A DNA stretch of 64,000 bases from positions 2,391-66,390 of the IMG/VR virus record IMGVR_UViG_3300042879_002476; one strand, written 5' to 3'. The stretch is from a virus. The position numbers and the translations under genes were made by a program. Position 1 is the first letter of the stretch. The number at the start of each line of letters is the position of its first letter. The notes under the pieces were generated by a model, which made no database searches, was not told the DNA's origin, and saw only the letters and a list, made by a program, of their open reading frames with translations. Positions 29,163-38,076 of this stretch are shown here, piece after piece.

Positions 29163-32100
29163 ATGATAATTAAGAAACAGCGCACGTATTTAGGATTAGA
29201 TATATACCCGTCGTATATAACTGATACATCCCCGACCTCCGTAGATTATCTAAAACTAGATAGCATGCCTTCAGAATTAACTGCGGGCAAAAACGTGTTA
29301 AAAATATTAGGAAATACTAACGTTTTCAAACAAGGTTCTCCTATTTTAGTGGAAGTATTAGACAGTCGCCGAAATACCATTTATGTAGAATTTCCTAATT
29401 ATTTCGATTCTTTAAAAAGAAGGTTGATAGTAATTAACATAACTGAAGACACGGCTCCCGGTCCTGCATTAATTACTATTTGTTCGGTACTAAACGAAAA
29501 TTTAGTACCTTTAGAATTCAACAATACGTTTAACTTTAAGTGGCAAGCTATTATTAATGTAGCGCCTTTTAAATCTAATACAACCGAAATTGTTTATATA
29601 GACCCTCCTACAGTTGAATTACGAACTCGAGTTCGACCGTATGTTACTACTTCGTTTCGTAATAACGAGCAAATGATAACTAAGGAATATGGGGACTATG
29701 AATATTTAGATTTTAATTTTGACGATTACGTTGGCAGCAATGATGGTGCGAGTAGTATATTTCAAACACAAGATGCGAATACGGTTTTAAATTCATTTAC
29801 TAATGCATCTATAACATCTTTTGATAGGGATAATGTTTTTTATTTAAAGCCAGAAAATTATTCTGCTAAAACAATAAATAGAAATTATCCGATAATCGAG
29901 CCTAGTAAAGATTTTTATGTTTCATTAGGTTCGAATATAATAGGAAATTACAATTCGTTTGGCACTTGGGATCAATCCGGAAATACGATAGGCACTGATG
30001 CTAATCGAGGCAATATATTAATACGAGGAATTGCAGGGTCTTATGTAGGACGTCCCGTAAATACGATGCCAGGCAATTATTATTTAGTTGCCGTTGATGT
30101 GAGTCAAAGTTTAAGCACGTCATATGATATTTCGGCTGCATTGGGATATAATGAATCTAGAAATTCCGGTAGTATATCGGAAAATGTACGCGTTTCTATA
30201 AATGAAAATGCGAGTACTAATACTTGGGAAACTTGTTATGCAGTAGTCAGAGCCAGCGATGCTGGGAATTATTTGTGGTTATTTTTCGGTGGTACTGCTG
30301 GTAGTATAGATAACGTACGCGTGTTTCCTATAAACGGTATAGGCACTCCGGATTTTAAATTAGAAACGGATTTAATTGGAGGGTTAATAAAAGTAAACCG
30401 TCCTAATATTAGTCCGCAAACAGCATCCGGATTAACATTGTATAACACGGATACTGCATATAGATCGTATATAAATTTTTTATTGCGAGATAAAAATGCA
30501 GCTGCCAACGGTGCATTTACATATAATTTAGTAAAAGAATCGGAACTATCAAATCCTACCACATTTACAATAAATAGGCATAAAATAGAAAGATTTACTT
30601 CTAGAGCACAGATATCTCAAACGAATTTAAATAATACATTCGTAGATTCATACGTACAGGCAGCTTCTTTTGTAGATCCGTACGGAGCTAGTGTGCTATT
30701 AACCATTGTCGAAGGGCCTAATAATACGTTTTATGGTCCTATATTCGCTGGAGGAGCGGGGAACGGCGGTGGTATTTTTAGTTATAATACAGACACTAAC
30801 GTATTAAACACTGAACATTATTTTAATACCAGTAAATTTTCAGGAAAAGAGCCTTCAACAAAGTTTTTATATTTAAAAGGCGGGTCAAACCCTGGAATGT
30901 ATGGTACTACTAATTTTGGAGGTAGGTTTAATTCCGGATCTTTATTTAGATTCGATCCGCAATCTAAAATTGTAACTAAATTACATGACTTTGGATTAAC
31001 CAGCGGATCTAGTACATTTACTACTAATAGTGGTTGGTTTCCATATGGCAGTTTAATGCAGGCTTCTAATGGTTTATTATATGGCACCACCGCAAATCCG
31101 TCACCTGGAGGGCCATATGGCACCGTATATAGTTTTAATACTAGTTCTAATGAACATAAAGTATTCCTTTTAAATGGAGGAGTTGATGCTGCAAGATTAA
31201 TTGAATCCGGAGGATTTTTGTTTGGAGTTAAGGGATATCAAACTGCACAGGGCGATATTGTTAAAATAAATCTATCTACGGGTACCACTTCTAGTTTTGC
31301 ACTTAATGTCACTCAAGGTAAAATACCTTCCGGGTTAATAATGGGAAGTGATGGTTATTTATATGCTACGACCTTTACCGGGTCCGCTTCATCCGGTACT
31401 GGGGGAACTATACTTAAAGTAGATTCCGGAACCGGTGTTATAACTAAATTATTTGATTTAGATACTGTATTATCCGGATCGGAAGCGGAACGAGAGTTAT
31501 ATGAGGATTCCGGGCATTTTTATGGAATGTGTAATGCCGGAGGTCAGTTTTCTAAAGGTACTGTGTTTAGATTTACCACCGGGTCTGGAGGAACGTTTGA
31601 GGTGTTACATCATTTCTCAGGAGGCAGTGATGGTATCGGAGCAAAATCTAATTTTATTAGATTAGGAAATTCTTTATACGCAAACACTACGAATGGCGGT
31701 ACCTCGAATGCCGGTACTATTTTTAGATTAGATAGAATTGGATTGAATAGGCCTTTCGTGTTTCAAGAAGCCGGGACTATTTATCATCATAACGCAATAT
31801 TACCCAAACCCATACCAGCAACTAGTTCCTTATTAATAGATTATCCTAGATGGACCGGACCGGTTAAATTGAACGAAAATGATTTATATTCTATTGTAGA
31901 GTTAGAAATTAAAGATTTAGACCCCGTGACCGGAGATGTATCTAAATTAAAATTGTCTGCTAAACCTCAAGGATTGAAAGGAGAATTTGTAGATTTAGGT
32001 GTATACTCTACAAAACCGGTAGATATATTAATAGATAATAATTTTGTTAATCACGTACATTATTCAGATTCTCCCTATAGATTGGCAGGATATTTTAAGC

Positions 32101-34112
32101 CAGTTATATCCTCGTTTTCCGATTCATCATTAGAAAAAAATTCATTTAAACAACTATCATTTGCGACCGGATGGGCAACGGCGTCTGTAACGGAATCAAA
32201 CTATTTTAAAGGAAATCAAACTTTTGCGCCTAGTATGTCTATAAAAGATGCTCCTGAATTAAACTTAAATAGAGGAGCATGTTTTAGAATTGAATTGCAG
32301 AATACTCCTACTGAAAATATGTTAGGATGCATTATTTATACTGCGAGCGCCATACCTCCTGGATTAACTAATTTAAATTTATGGGAACAGTTTAGTTATA
32401 ATTTATATTCAGCTGCACCGTTTCCGATTGGAATGGATATTACTGCAAGTGATTGGTATACTAGCAGTTTAGGCTATAACATTAATAAATTTAATTCTAT
32501 TTTAGTGTATTCTGGATTAGTAACTAAAACCGGATCTATATTAGCTCCTGAAGATATTTACGCGATTAGCGATAAAATATCAAACGCATGGGCTATTAGC
32601 GGTTCTGGTAATACTGCTTCTATTGCAATAGGACACCCATTAACTTTTAATAATAAACTAGGATGGATCACTGATACATATTTTATAACTAGTTCAGTAG
32701 CATCAACCCAACCACTATATCCTGCAATATTTTTTGAGTATAATACTATACATGACTCTATATTTAGTAGCAGCATTAGTACTACCCGGCCGCATATTGT
32801 AGAAGTTTCTAATGTTAGTTGTCGTGAAATAGGCGATAGAGATTATATGATAGATACATATTGGGATTCGGAAATTGGAAATTATGGATACAATACGCAA
32901 ATAGCAGGAGTGCCGTATACTCCTAGTAACACTGATAAATTAGCAGATTCAGTTAAACTAACAGTATATGACGGAGTTACCGGTATTACTAGTAGTTTAG
33001 GTTCAGCATATAAAAATAAAAATGCGGTGTTATTTAAAACTGCTGATTCATATAAATTTTATAAAAACGTTCCTTATATAATAAGTTTTAATGCGTTTAG
33101 TCAGATAAATGAAATACGAGGCGTAGACCCTGCCCCGGTAGTAAGTAATCTAGGATTCCCCTTTGTTGGCGCTCCCGGATGGGGCAACAACGGATCTGGA
33201 TGGACTGAAAATACCGGACAAAAATGGAAAGCATATAACTTTGGCAGTTCGACCTCAGGATATATACGACTTAATGATATTGATTTCTTTGCTAATACCA
33301 GATATCAAGTTAAAGTAACTACAGGAGCGTTTACCTATTTACCTGAATATAATATAACTACATTATCCGTTATATCCGGATCCGTGACTTCGTCTATATC
33401 TAATATTCGACCTAATACCACGTATACGTTTTATTATACCCATGGTACCACAGATACTACCGGACCAAAAATACAATTAGATTCTACATTCACAGATTCA
33501 AATCACACAATTTATTTAACTGGAGTAGATATTAGAAGATATGATTACGATTTTAAATCTAATACCAATTTAAGTTCGGTACTACCTTCAAGTTCAAAAT
33601 TAAAAGTGTATGGTATTAATACAAATTTTGGAGTACCTTTTGCAGATCAATTAACAACTGCAGATCCTGGAGAGTTTATAGGTGAATTGGAACAGACGTT
33701 AACATACGGGCAATCCGGTGAGACTAAATACTTCGGTCGTGTAGAAATGGAATTCGCTCCGGAAACTGAAGGATTCGGTAATATAGGATTTGAAACAGAT
33801 TTAGGAGCGGAATGGTATATCAGTGATATTTCAATTAGACCTAAAGATAGAGTAGGATTAACTCCGGCATCTACTAGATTATTTATTAAAATACCTAATG
33901 ATTTAGTAAATAAAAAGTTAACTTTTAAAATTGAATATTTGAATGATTCAAACTCTAAAGCCGTGTACAATACATTATTAAACGATGTAATGTTTTCTAA
34001 TAAAGACGAATCAATATCAGGAATAAAAGGAGTTTTAGATTCTTCTATGAATTCAGTTACGGAAGATGACACTACTAGCACCGGACCTAACTCAGACCCA
34101 CCGACTACTTAA
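29163..34112 (+). CDS. Large virion structural/adhesin protein with internal beta-propeller repeats
   Basis: 1649 aa; repeated [LM]YG[TM]T..GG...G[TS][VIL]F units (about aa 520-860) resembling Gloeo_Verruco-type repeats. Confidence 0.65.
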   Translation: MIIKKQRTYLGLDIYPSYITDTSPTSVDYLKLDSMPSELTAGKNVLKILGNTNVFKQGSPILVEVLDSRRNTIYVEFPNYFDSLKRRLIVINITEDTAPGPALITICSVLNENLVPLEFNNTFNFKWQAIINVAPFKSNTTEIVYIDPPTVELRTRVRPYVTTSFRNNEQMITKEYGDYEYLDFNFDDYVGSNDGASSIFQTQDANTVLNSFTNASITSFDRDNVFYLKPENYSAKTINRNYPIIEPSKDFYVSLGSNIIGNYNSFGTWDQSGNTIGTDANRGNILIRGIAGSYVGRPVNTMPGNYYLVAVDVSQSLSTSYDISAALGYNESRNSGSISENVRVSINENASTNTWETCYAVVRASDAGNYLWLFFGGTAGSIDNVRVFPINGIGTPDFKLETDLIGGLIKVNRPNISPQTASGLTLYNTDTAYRSYINFLLRDKNAAANGAFTYNLVKESELSNPTTFTINRHKIERFTSRAQISQTNLNNTFVDSYVQAASFVDPYGASVLLTIVEGPNNTFYGPIFAGGAGNGGGIFSYNTDTNVLNTEHYFNTSKFSGKEPSTKFLYLKGGSNPGMYGTTNFGGRFNSGSLFRFDPQSKIVTKLHDFGLTSGSSTFTTNSGWFPYGSLMQASNGLLYGTTANPSPGGPYGTVYSFNTSSNEHKVFLLNGGVDAARLIESGGFLFGVKGYQTAQGDIVKINLSTGTTSSFALNVTQGKIPSGLIMGSDGYLYATTFTGSASSGTGGTILKVDSGTGVITKLFDLDTVLSGSEAERELYEDSGHFYGMCNAGGQFSKGTVFRFTTGSGGTFEVLHHFSGGSDGIGAKSNFIRLGNSLYANTTNGGTSNAGTIFRLDRIGLNRPFVFQEAGTIYHHNAILPKPIPATSSLLIDYPRWTGPVKLNENDLYSIVELEIKDLDPVTGDVSKLKLSAKPQGLKGEFVDLGVYSTKPVDILIDNNFVNHVHYSDSPYRLAGYFKPVISSFSDSSLEKNSFKQLSFATGWATASVTESNYFKGNQTFAPSMSIKDAPELNLNRGACFRIELQNTPTENMLGCIIYTASAIPPGLTNLNLWEQFSYNLYSAAPFPIGMDITASDWYTSSLGYNINKFNSILVYSGLVTKTGSILAPEDIYAISDKISNAWAISGSGNTASIAIGHPLTFNNKLGWITDTYFITSSVASTQPLYPAIFFEYNTIHDSIFSSSISTTRPHIVEVSNVSCREIGDRDYMIDTYWDSEIGNYGYNTQIAGVPYTPSNTDKLADSVKLTVYDGVTGITSSLGSAYKNKNAVLFKTADSYKFYKNVPYIISFNAFSQINEIRGVDPAPVVSNLGFPFVGAPGWGNNGSGWTENTGQKWKAYNFGSSTSGYIRLNDIDFFANTRYQVKVTTGAFTYLPEYNITTLSVISGSVTSSISNIRPNTTYTFYYTHGTTDTTGPKIQLDSTFTDSNHTIYLTGVDIRRYDYDFKSNTNLSSVLPSSSKLKVYGINTNFGVPFADQLTTADPGEFIGELEQTLTYGQSGETKYFGRVEMEFAPETEGFGNIGFETDLGAEWYISDISIRPKDRVGLTPASTRLFIKIPNDLVNKKLTFKIEYLNDSNSKAVYNTLLNDVMFSNKDESISGIKGVLDSSMNSVTEDDTTSTGPNSDPPTT

Positions 34113-34148
34113 TAAATAAAAACATTATTAATTACATATTTATAATAG

Positions 34149-35843
34149 ATGAAAACTATTGCTATATATCCGGGTAGATTCCAACCTTTTGGAAAACACC
34201 ACGCCGCTACTTTTTTATGGGTACAAAATAAATTTGGTAAAAATAATTCATTTATAGCTACGAGTGATATTGTAGATCCTATGCAAAATCCTTTTTCTTT
34301 TAATGAAAAAAAAGCGATTATATCTGCATACGGTCTAGGCAATAGAGTTAAAAAAGTACGAGATCCTTATAAATCAGAAGAGATAACTAAAATGTTTAAT
34401 CCTAATGAAACTGCAGCAGTATTTGTTGTAGGAAAAAAAGATTTAGACCGATTACGAGTTGATTCTGGAGGATACTTTTTAACATACCCGGGCCCGAATA
34501 AAGAACTAAAACCTTTTTCAGAAAACGGATATGTATTAATTGCCCCTCATATTAGTTTAAACGTTCCCGGTTATGGGGAAATGAGCGGTACTCAAATTAG
34601 AAAAGCATTAGGCGATACTTCAAAATCTAGAAAAGAAAAAGAGGCACTCTTTAATAATGTATTTGGTTGGTATTCGCCAAAAATGGCAGAATTTATTTTT
34701 ACTGTTTTAGAAGATATGTATGATTCACAAATAAATGAAAATAAGTTATTTAGTAAAGAATGGTGGAGATTTATTTTAACTGAAACTCAGAAATTAGAAG
34801 AAGGAGGAGCCGCAGGACACATGGCCCACCCTTTTGACTTACCACAAGTAAAGACAGGTACGGATTTAGTTAAAGTGTTTGCAGATGCAGCTAAGTCATT
34901 ACAAGAAACTCCGGCAGCAGTTAAAATCGACGGTGTAAACACCACATTAAAAATAGTTAAAAAAGGAGGTAAAACGCAGTTTGCCTTAGATAGAGGATCT
35001 ATGAATCCTTTAGATGTAGAGGGCATAACTGTAAACGATTTAAGTTCTAGATTTGCAGAAGGTCATGGAATGCTTACTTTAGGAAAAAAAGTTTTAGAAG
35101 CCTTTAATGCGTGTCTTCCAAAAATAACTGCGGAATTATCTGCCTTAGGAATGTTAAAAGATCCTACTATTTTACTTAACGTAGAAACCGTAATTGGCGA
35201 TACTTCCGGAAAAACTAATGTCATTTCATATCAAGAGAACTTTTTTGTAATACACGGTCTATTAAAATCTGAACAAGCTACACCTAAACGCAGACAACAA
35301 AAAGAAATTAGTGGAAGTGCGGTGGCTATTCAGAAATTGGTAGATAAATGCAAACCTATAATGAAAGATTTGGGTTATGGAATATACGGTATGATACCTA
35401 CTGCAGTTAAAAAGTCTATTACGTTTACCTCTCCTATCAACACCCAATTAACGGTGAAATATACTAAAAAGAAAAAAGAAACTAAATCATTAAAAGATTG
35501 GTTAAAAACTGCTAAAAATCCTATTAACGATAAAGTAGTAATTAATGGGAAAGCAGAACCGGCAATGACCAGAAAAAATTATTTGAATATTTTAAATCAA
35601 ACTATTCCATTAGATGAATTAACTACGGATCCTAAAGAACAGAAAAAATTAATAGACGGTGCAGTAATGTATCATGCCACTCGGTTATTAGGAAATGAAG
35701 TCATCAATAATTTAGGTTCTGATGTGGGGGACGTTTCTTCACACGAAGGCATAGTGATTCGAGACCCTAAAATATCTACTACACCTTTTAAAATTACAGG
35801 TGAATTTATCGTTAAAGGATTAGAAAGTAGTTTTGGTAAATAA
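34149..35843 (+). CDS. Two-domain protein: HIGH-type cytidyltransferase-like domain plus ligase-like nucleotidyltransferase domain
   Basis: N-terminal IYPGRFQPFGKHH...MSGTQIR; C-terminal GGAAGHMAHPFD...VKIDG...HEGIVIRD...FKITG. Confidence 0.7.
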   Translation: MKTIAIYPGRFQPFGKHHAATFLWVQNKFGKNNSFIATSDIVDPMQNPFSFNEKKAIISAYGLGNRVKKVRDPYKSEEITKMFNPNETAAVFVVGKKDLDRLRVDSGGYFLTYPGPNKELKPFSENGYVLIAPHISLNVPGYGEMSGTQIRKALGDTSKSRKEKEALFNNVFGWYSPKMAEFIFTVLEDMYDSQINENKLFSKEWWRFILTETQKLEEGGAAGHMAHPFDLPQVKTGTDLVKVFADAAKSLQETPAAVKIDGVNTTLKIVKKGGKTQFALDRGSMNPLDVEGITVNDLSSRFAEGHGMLTLGKKVLEAFNACLPKITAELSALGMLKDPTILLNVETVIGDTSGKTNVISYQENFFVIHGLLKSEQATPKRRQQKEISGSAVAIQKLVDKCKPIMKDLGYGIYGMIPTAVKKSITFTSPINTQLTVKYTKKKKETKSLKDWLKTAKNPINDKVVINGKAEPAMTRKNYLNILNQTIPLDELTTDPKEQKKLIDGAVMYHATRLLGNEVINNLGSDVGDVSSHEGIVIRDPKISTTPFKITGEFIVKGLESSFGK

Positions 35844-35861
35844 CTATATTTATAATAAAAC

Positions 35862-36170
35862 ATGGATAAAATTAAATTAAAAGAATTAATTAAAAAGGCT
35901 ATTGCTTTAAACGAAAAGAAAAATGCAGTAGGCAAAGTTCCTGGTATTGGACTTACTGTCCATGTAGATTCTACTTATGATGAAGGTACTAAGCAATTAA
36001 CTATATCAGTATCTAATCAATCTGCTAAAGCTCCGGAATATATAGTACCCGATGTAGCAGATGAAGGCAGTGTTCAGGAAATCGTTTCTGGATTAGAATC
36101 TGAATTAGGTGCTGCGGTTAAAGCATTTTCCAGATCGGTAGATAAAATTCTTTCAAAATATCAACAATAA
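35862..36170 (+). CDS. Hypothetical protein (candidate internal head protein)
   Basis: N-terminal KLKELIKKAIALNE; after TATTTATA (35847-35854). Confidence 0.6.
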   Translation: MDKIKLKELIKKAIALNEKKNAVGKVPGIGLTVHVDSTYDEGTKQLTISVSNQSAKAPEYIVPDVADEGSVQEIVSGLESELGAAVKAFSRSVDKILSKYQQ

Positions 36171-36176
36171 TATAAT

Positions 36177-36740
36177 ATGTCGGTTTTAGGATCAAATTTA
36201 GATCGTATAAAAAATATTTTAGCTGGTAACCCAACTGCTAAAAGCAAATCATCAGTGGGATATGAAAAGACCACTAAAAAACACGTAGAAGGAGACGTTT
36301 GGGAAGAAAATGGTCGTATGTGGACTATTAAAAATGGTATTAAACAAAACGTAACTAAATTGGATTCTGCGAGAAAACAATTGCTAGTGCCATTTAAATG
36401 TCCTGAATGTGAAAATCAATTAAAACATCCTTTGCATAAACATTCATATAAAACCACAGGTAAATGTTATGATTGCGTAATTAAAGAAGAAACTGCTATG
36501 CGTATAAATGGCACGTATCAAAACTATGCAAATGAATTATATAGAAAAAACGCTTTAGCGTGGTTAGAAGAGAAGCGAATACAATTCGAGGACTTTATAA
36601 ATAACCCGGAAACTTTACGCGGATTCGTGACCGAAAGGGGTGATGTGGAAGATTGGTATGGCGGTATCGACCGTGAAAAAATCCGAGAGCAATTTGAAAA
36701 AGAATATGCTCAAATTAAAGAAGAAATAGAAAAACTTTAG
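36177..36740 (+). CDS. Zinc-binding hypothetical protein
   Basis: CPEC...CYDC; HVEGDVWEENGRMW. Confidence 0.65.
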   Translation: MSVLGSNLDRIKNILAGNPTAKSKSSVGYEKTTKKHVEGDVWEENGRMWTIKNGIKQNVTKLDSARKQLLVPFKCPECENQLKHPLHKHSYKTTGKCYDCVIKEETAMRINGTYQNYANELYRKNALAWLEEKRIQFEDFINNPETLRGFVTERGDVEDWYGGIDREKIREQFEKEYAQIKEEIEKL

Positions 36741-36752
36741 ATATATATTAAT

Positions 36753-37058
36753 ATGAATAATGTACAATTATTAGAAAACCTCCAAAAATTAATTGAAACG
36801 GCGGAGATTTTAGCTCAAGCTATTCCGGAAGATGCCATGGATGATAATTGGCTACAAGAAACCGTAGATACTGCACTAGATGAACTCTCAAAAACAGCAA
36901 ACTATTTAAAAGATAAATATGATTTAGACATTTCAGATTTTACTGATGCTGAGTATCTTTCTAATATGGAGTTTGAAGAATTTGATGATGCTACTTTATT
37001 AGAAGGGTTAGAAGATGAAGAATTTGATACTTTTGATTTTGAAGAAGAAGACGAATAA
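36753..37058 (+). CDS. Acidic hypothetical protein
   Basis: D/E-rich C-terminus; WLQETVDTALDELSKTANYL helix. Confidence 0.6.
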   Translation: MNNVQLLENLQKLIETAEILAQAIPEDAMDDNWLQETVDTALDELSKTANYLKDKYDLDISDFTDAEYLSNMEFEEFDDATLLEGLEDEEFDTFDFEEEDE

Positions 37059-37204
37059 TGGCAGCAAAAACTAAAACCAATACTATAACCAAATATAGAA
37101 AACGCGCTAAAAGAAAAAGGCCTGGCGTTCATTCTAAAAAAAGATCATCTACACTTAAATCATCTAAAAACTACCTTAAACGGTACAAAGGACAAGGAAA
37201 ATGA
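37058..37204 (+). CDS. Small highly basic protein (48 aa), not in the ORF track
   Basis: MAAKTKTNTITKYRKRAKRKRPGVHSKKRSSTLKSSKNYLKRYKGQGK*; TAATG and ATGA overlaps with both neighbours. Confidence 0.75.
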   Translation: MAAKTKTNTITKYRKRAKRKRPGVHSKKRSSTLKSSKNYLKRYKGQGK

Positions 37205-37449
37205 AAAAATCTCAATTAAGAAAATTAGTTCGTGAATGTGTTCTCGAAGTAATTAAAGAAGAGGAAGCTGCAACTGATATTCCAAAGGCAGTATCCGATG
37301 CTGATTCAGAAATGACTAAATTAGCTAAATTGGTTAAGAAACTCCCGGACGACTTAAAAGCTAAGTTAGCTAAAAAAGTTAAAAATGCTCAAGGAGATGT
37401 AAATTCTTATATTGATGATTTAAAATCTGAAAAAGAGGAGGAAAAATAA
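37201..37449 (+). CDS. Hypothetical protein (candidate internal head protein)
   Basis: N-terminal MKKSQLRKLVRECVLEVIKEE. Confidence 0.65.
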   Translation: MKKSQLRKLVRECVLEVIKEEEAATDIPKAVSDADSEMTKLAKLVKKLPDDLKAKLAKKVKNAQGDVNSYIDDLKSEKEEEK

Positions 37450-37450
37450 T

Positions 37451-37681
37451 ATGTTTAAAAACTTCATTTCAACTATTAAAAAAGCGTTTTCATTTTTTGA
37501 TACTCCTAAAATAGAAGAATATCAAGTAGAACATACTTTAGATGCTTTACACGGTATTAAAAAAGAAGAGCCGGTACAAGAAAATTTGGAAGCTGAAAAA
37601 ACTTTAATTGAAGCTAAATCTAAGCTTAGAGAAAGAAGAAAAGCTCCTAAAAAGATTAAAACTCCTAAAGACGTAGAATAA
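37451..37681 (+). CDS. Hypothetical protein
   Basis: 76-aa ORF, tightly packed. Confidence 0.55.
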   Translation: MFKNFISTIKKAFSFFDTPKIEEYQVEHTLDALHGIKKEEPVQENLEAEKTLIEAKSKLRERRKAPKKIKTPKDVE

Positions 37682-37697
37682 CCTTTTAATAAAAAAA

Positions 37698-37991
37698 ATG
37701 AAAAAATCAGAATTAAAAAAACTTCTAAGAGAAGAAATACGTAAAGTATTAAAAGAAATGAAAATGCCTAAATCAGGGCAAAAATTAGATGATTATGATT
37801 TAACGGATAATGGTTATATCAAAGAAGATGACATGGATAGTTGGTTAGAGTTATTTACCGATGAGACGTGGAATGTATCTAAATATGTGAAATTAGCTAA
37901 TAATTGGTTAAAATCAAACGGATATAAATGGCAAGTTAAAAGTTGCTCATCTACCGATGACGGCGAAACCATTACTTGGACAATCGCGTAA
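37698..37991 (+). CDS. Hypothetical protein (candidate internal head protein)
   Basis: N-terminal MKKSELKKLLREEIRKVLKE. Confidence 0.65.
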   Translation: MKKSELKKLLREEIRKVLKEMKMPKSGQKLDDYDLTDNGYIKEDDMDSWLELFTDETWNVSKYVKLANNWLKSNGYKWQVKSCSSTDDGETITWTIA

Positions 37992-38010
37992 AATAAACCA
38001 CTTAAAAACT

Positions 38011-38040
38011 AAATAGGCACCCTAAAAAGTGCCTATTTTT
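38011..38040 (+). terminator. Intrinsic terminator
   Basis: AAATAGGCAC/GTGCCTATTT stem with T-tail. Confidence 0.75.
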
Positions 38041-38076
38041 ATATCAATATATTTATAAATATAAACTTTTAAAAAG

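Noticed and set aside
6754-34112. Bacterial contractile injection system or T6SS interpretation of the baseplate genes
   Set aside because: Capsid, portal, terminase and protease genes in the same window show this is a phage; sheath, tube and tape measure genes were not recognised here and are presumably outside the window
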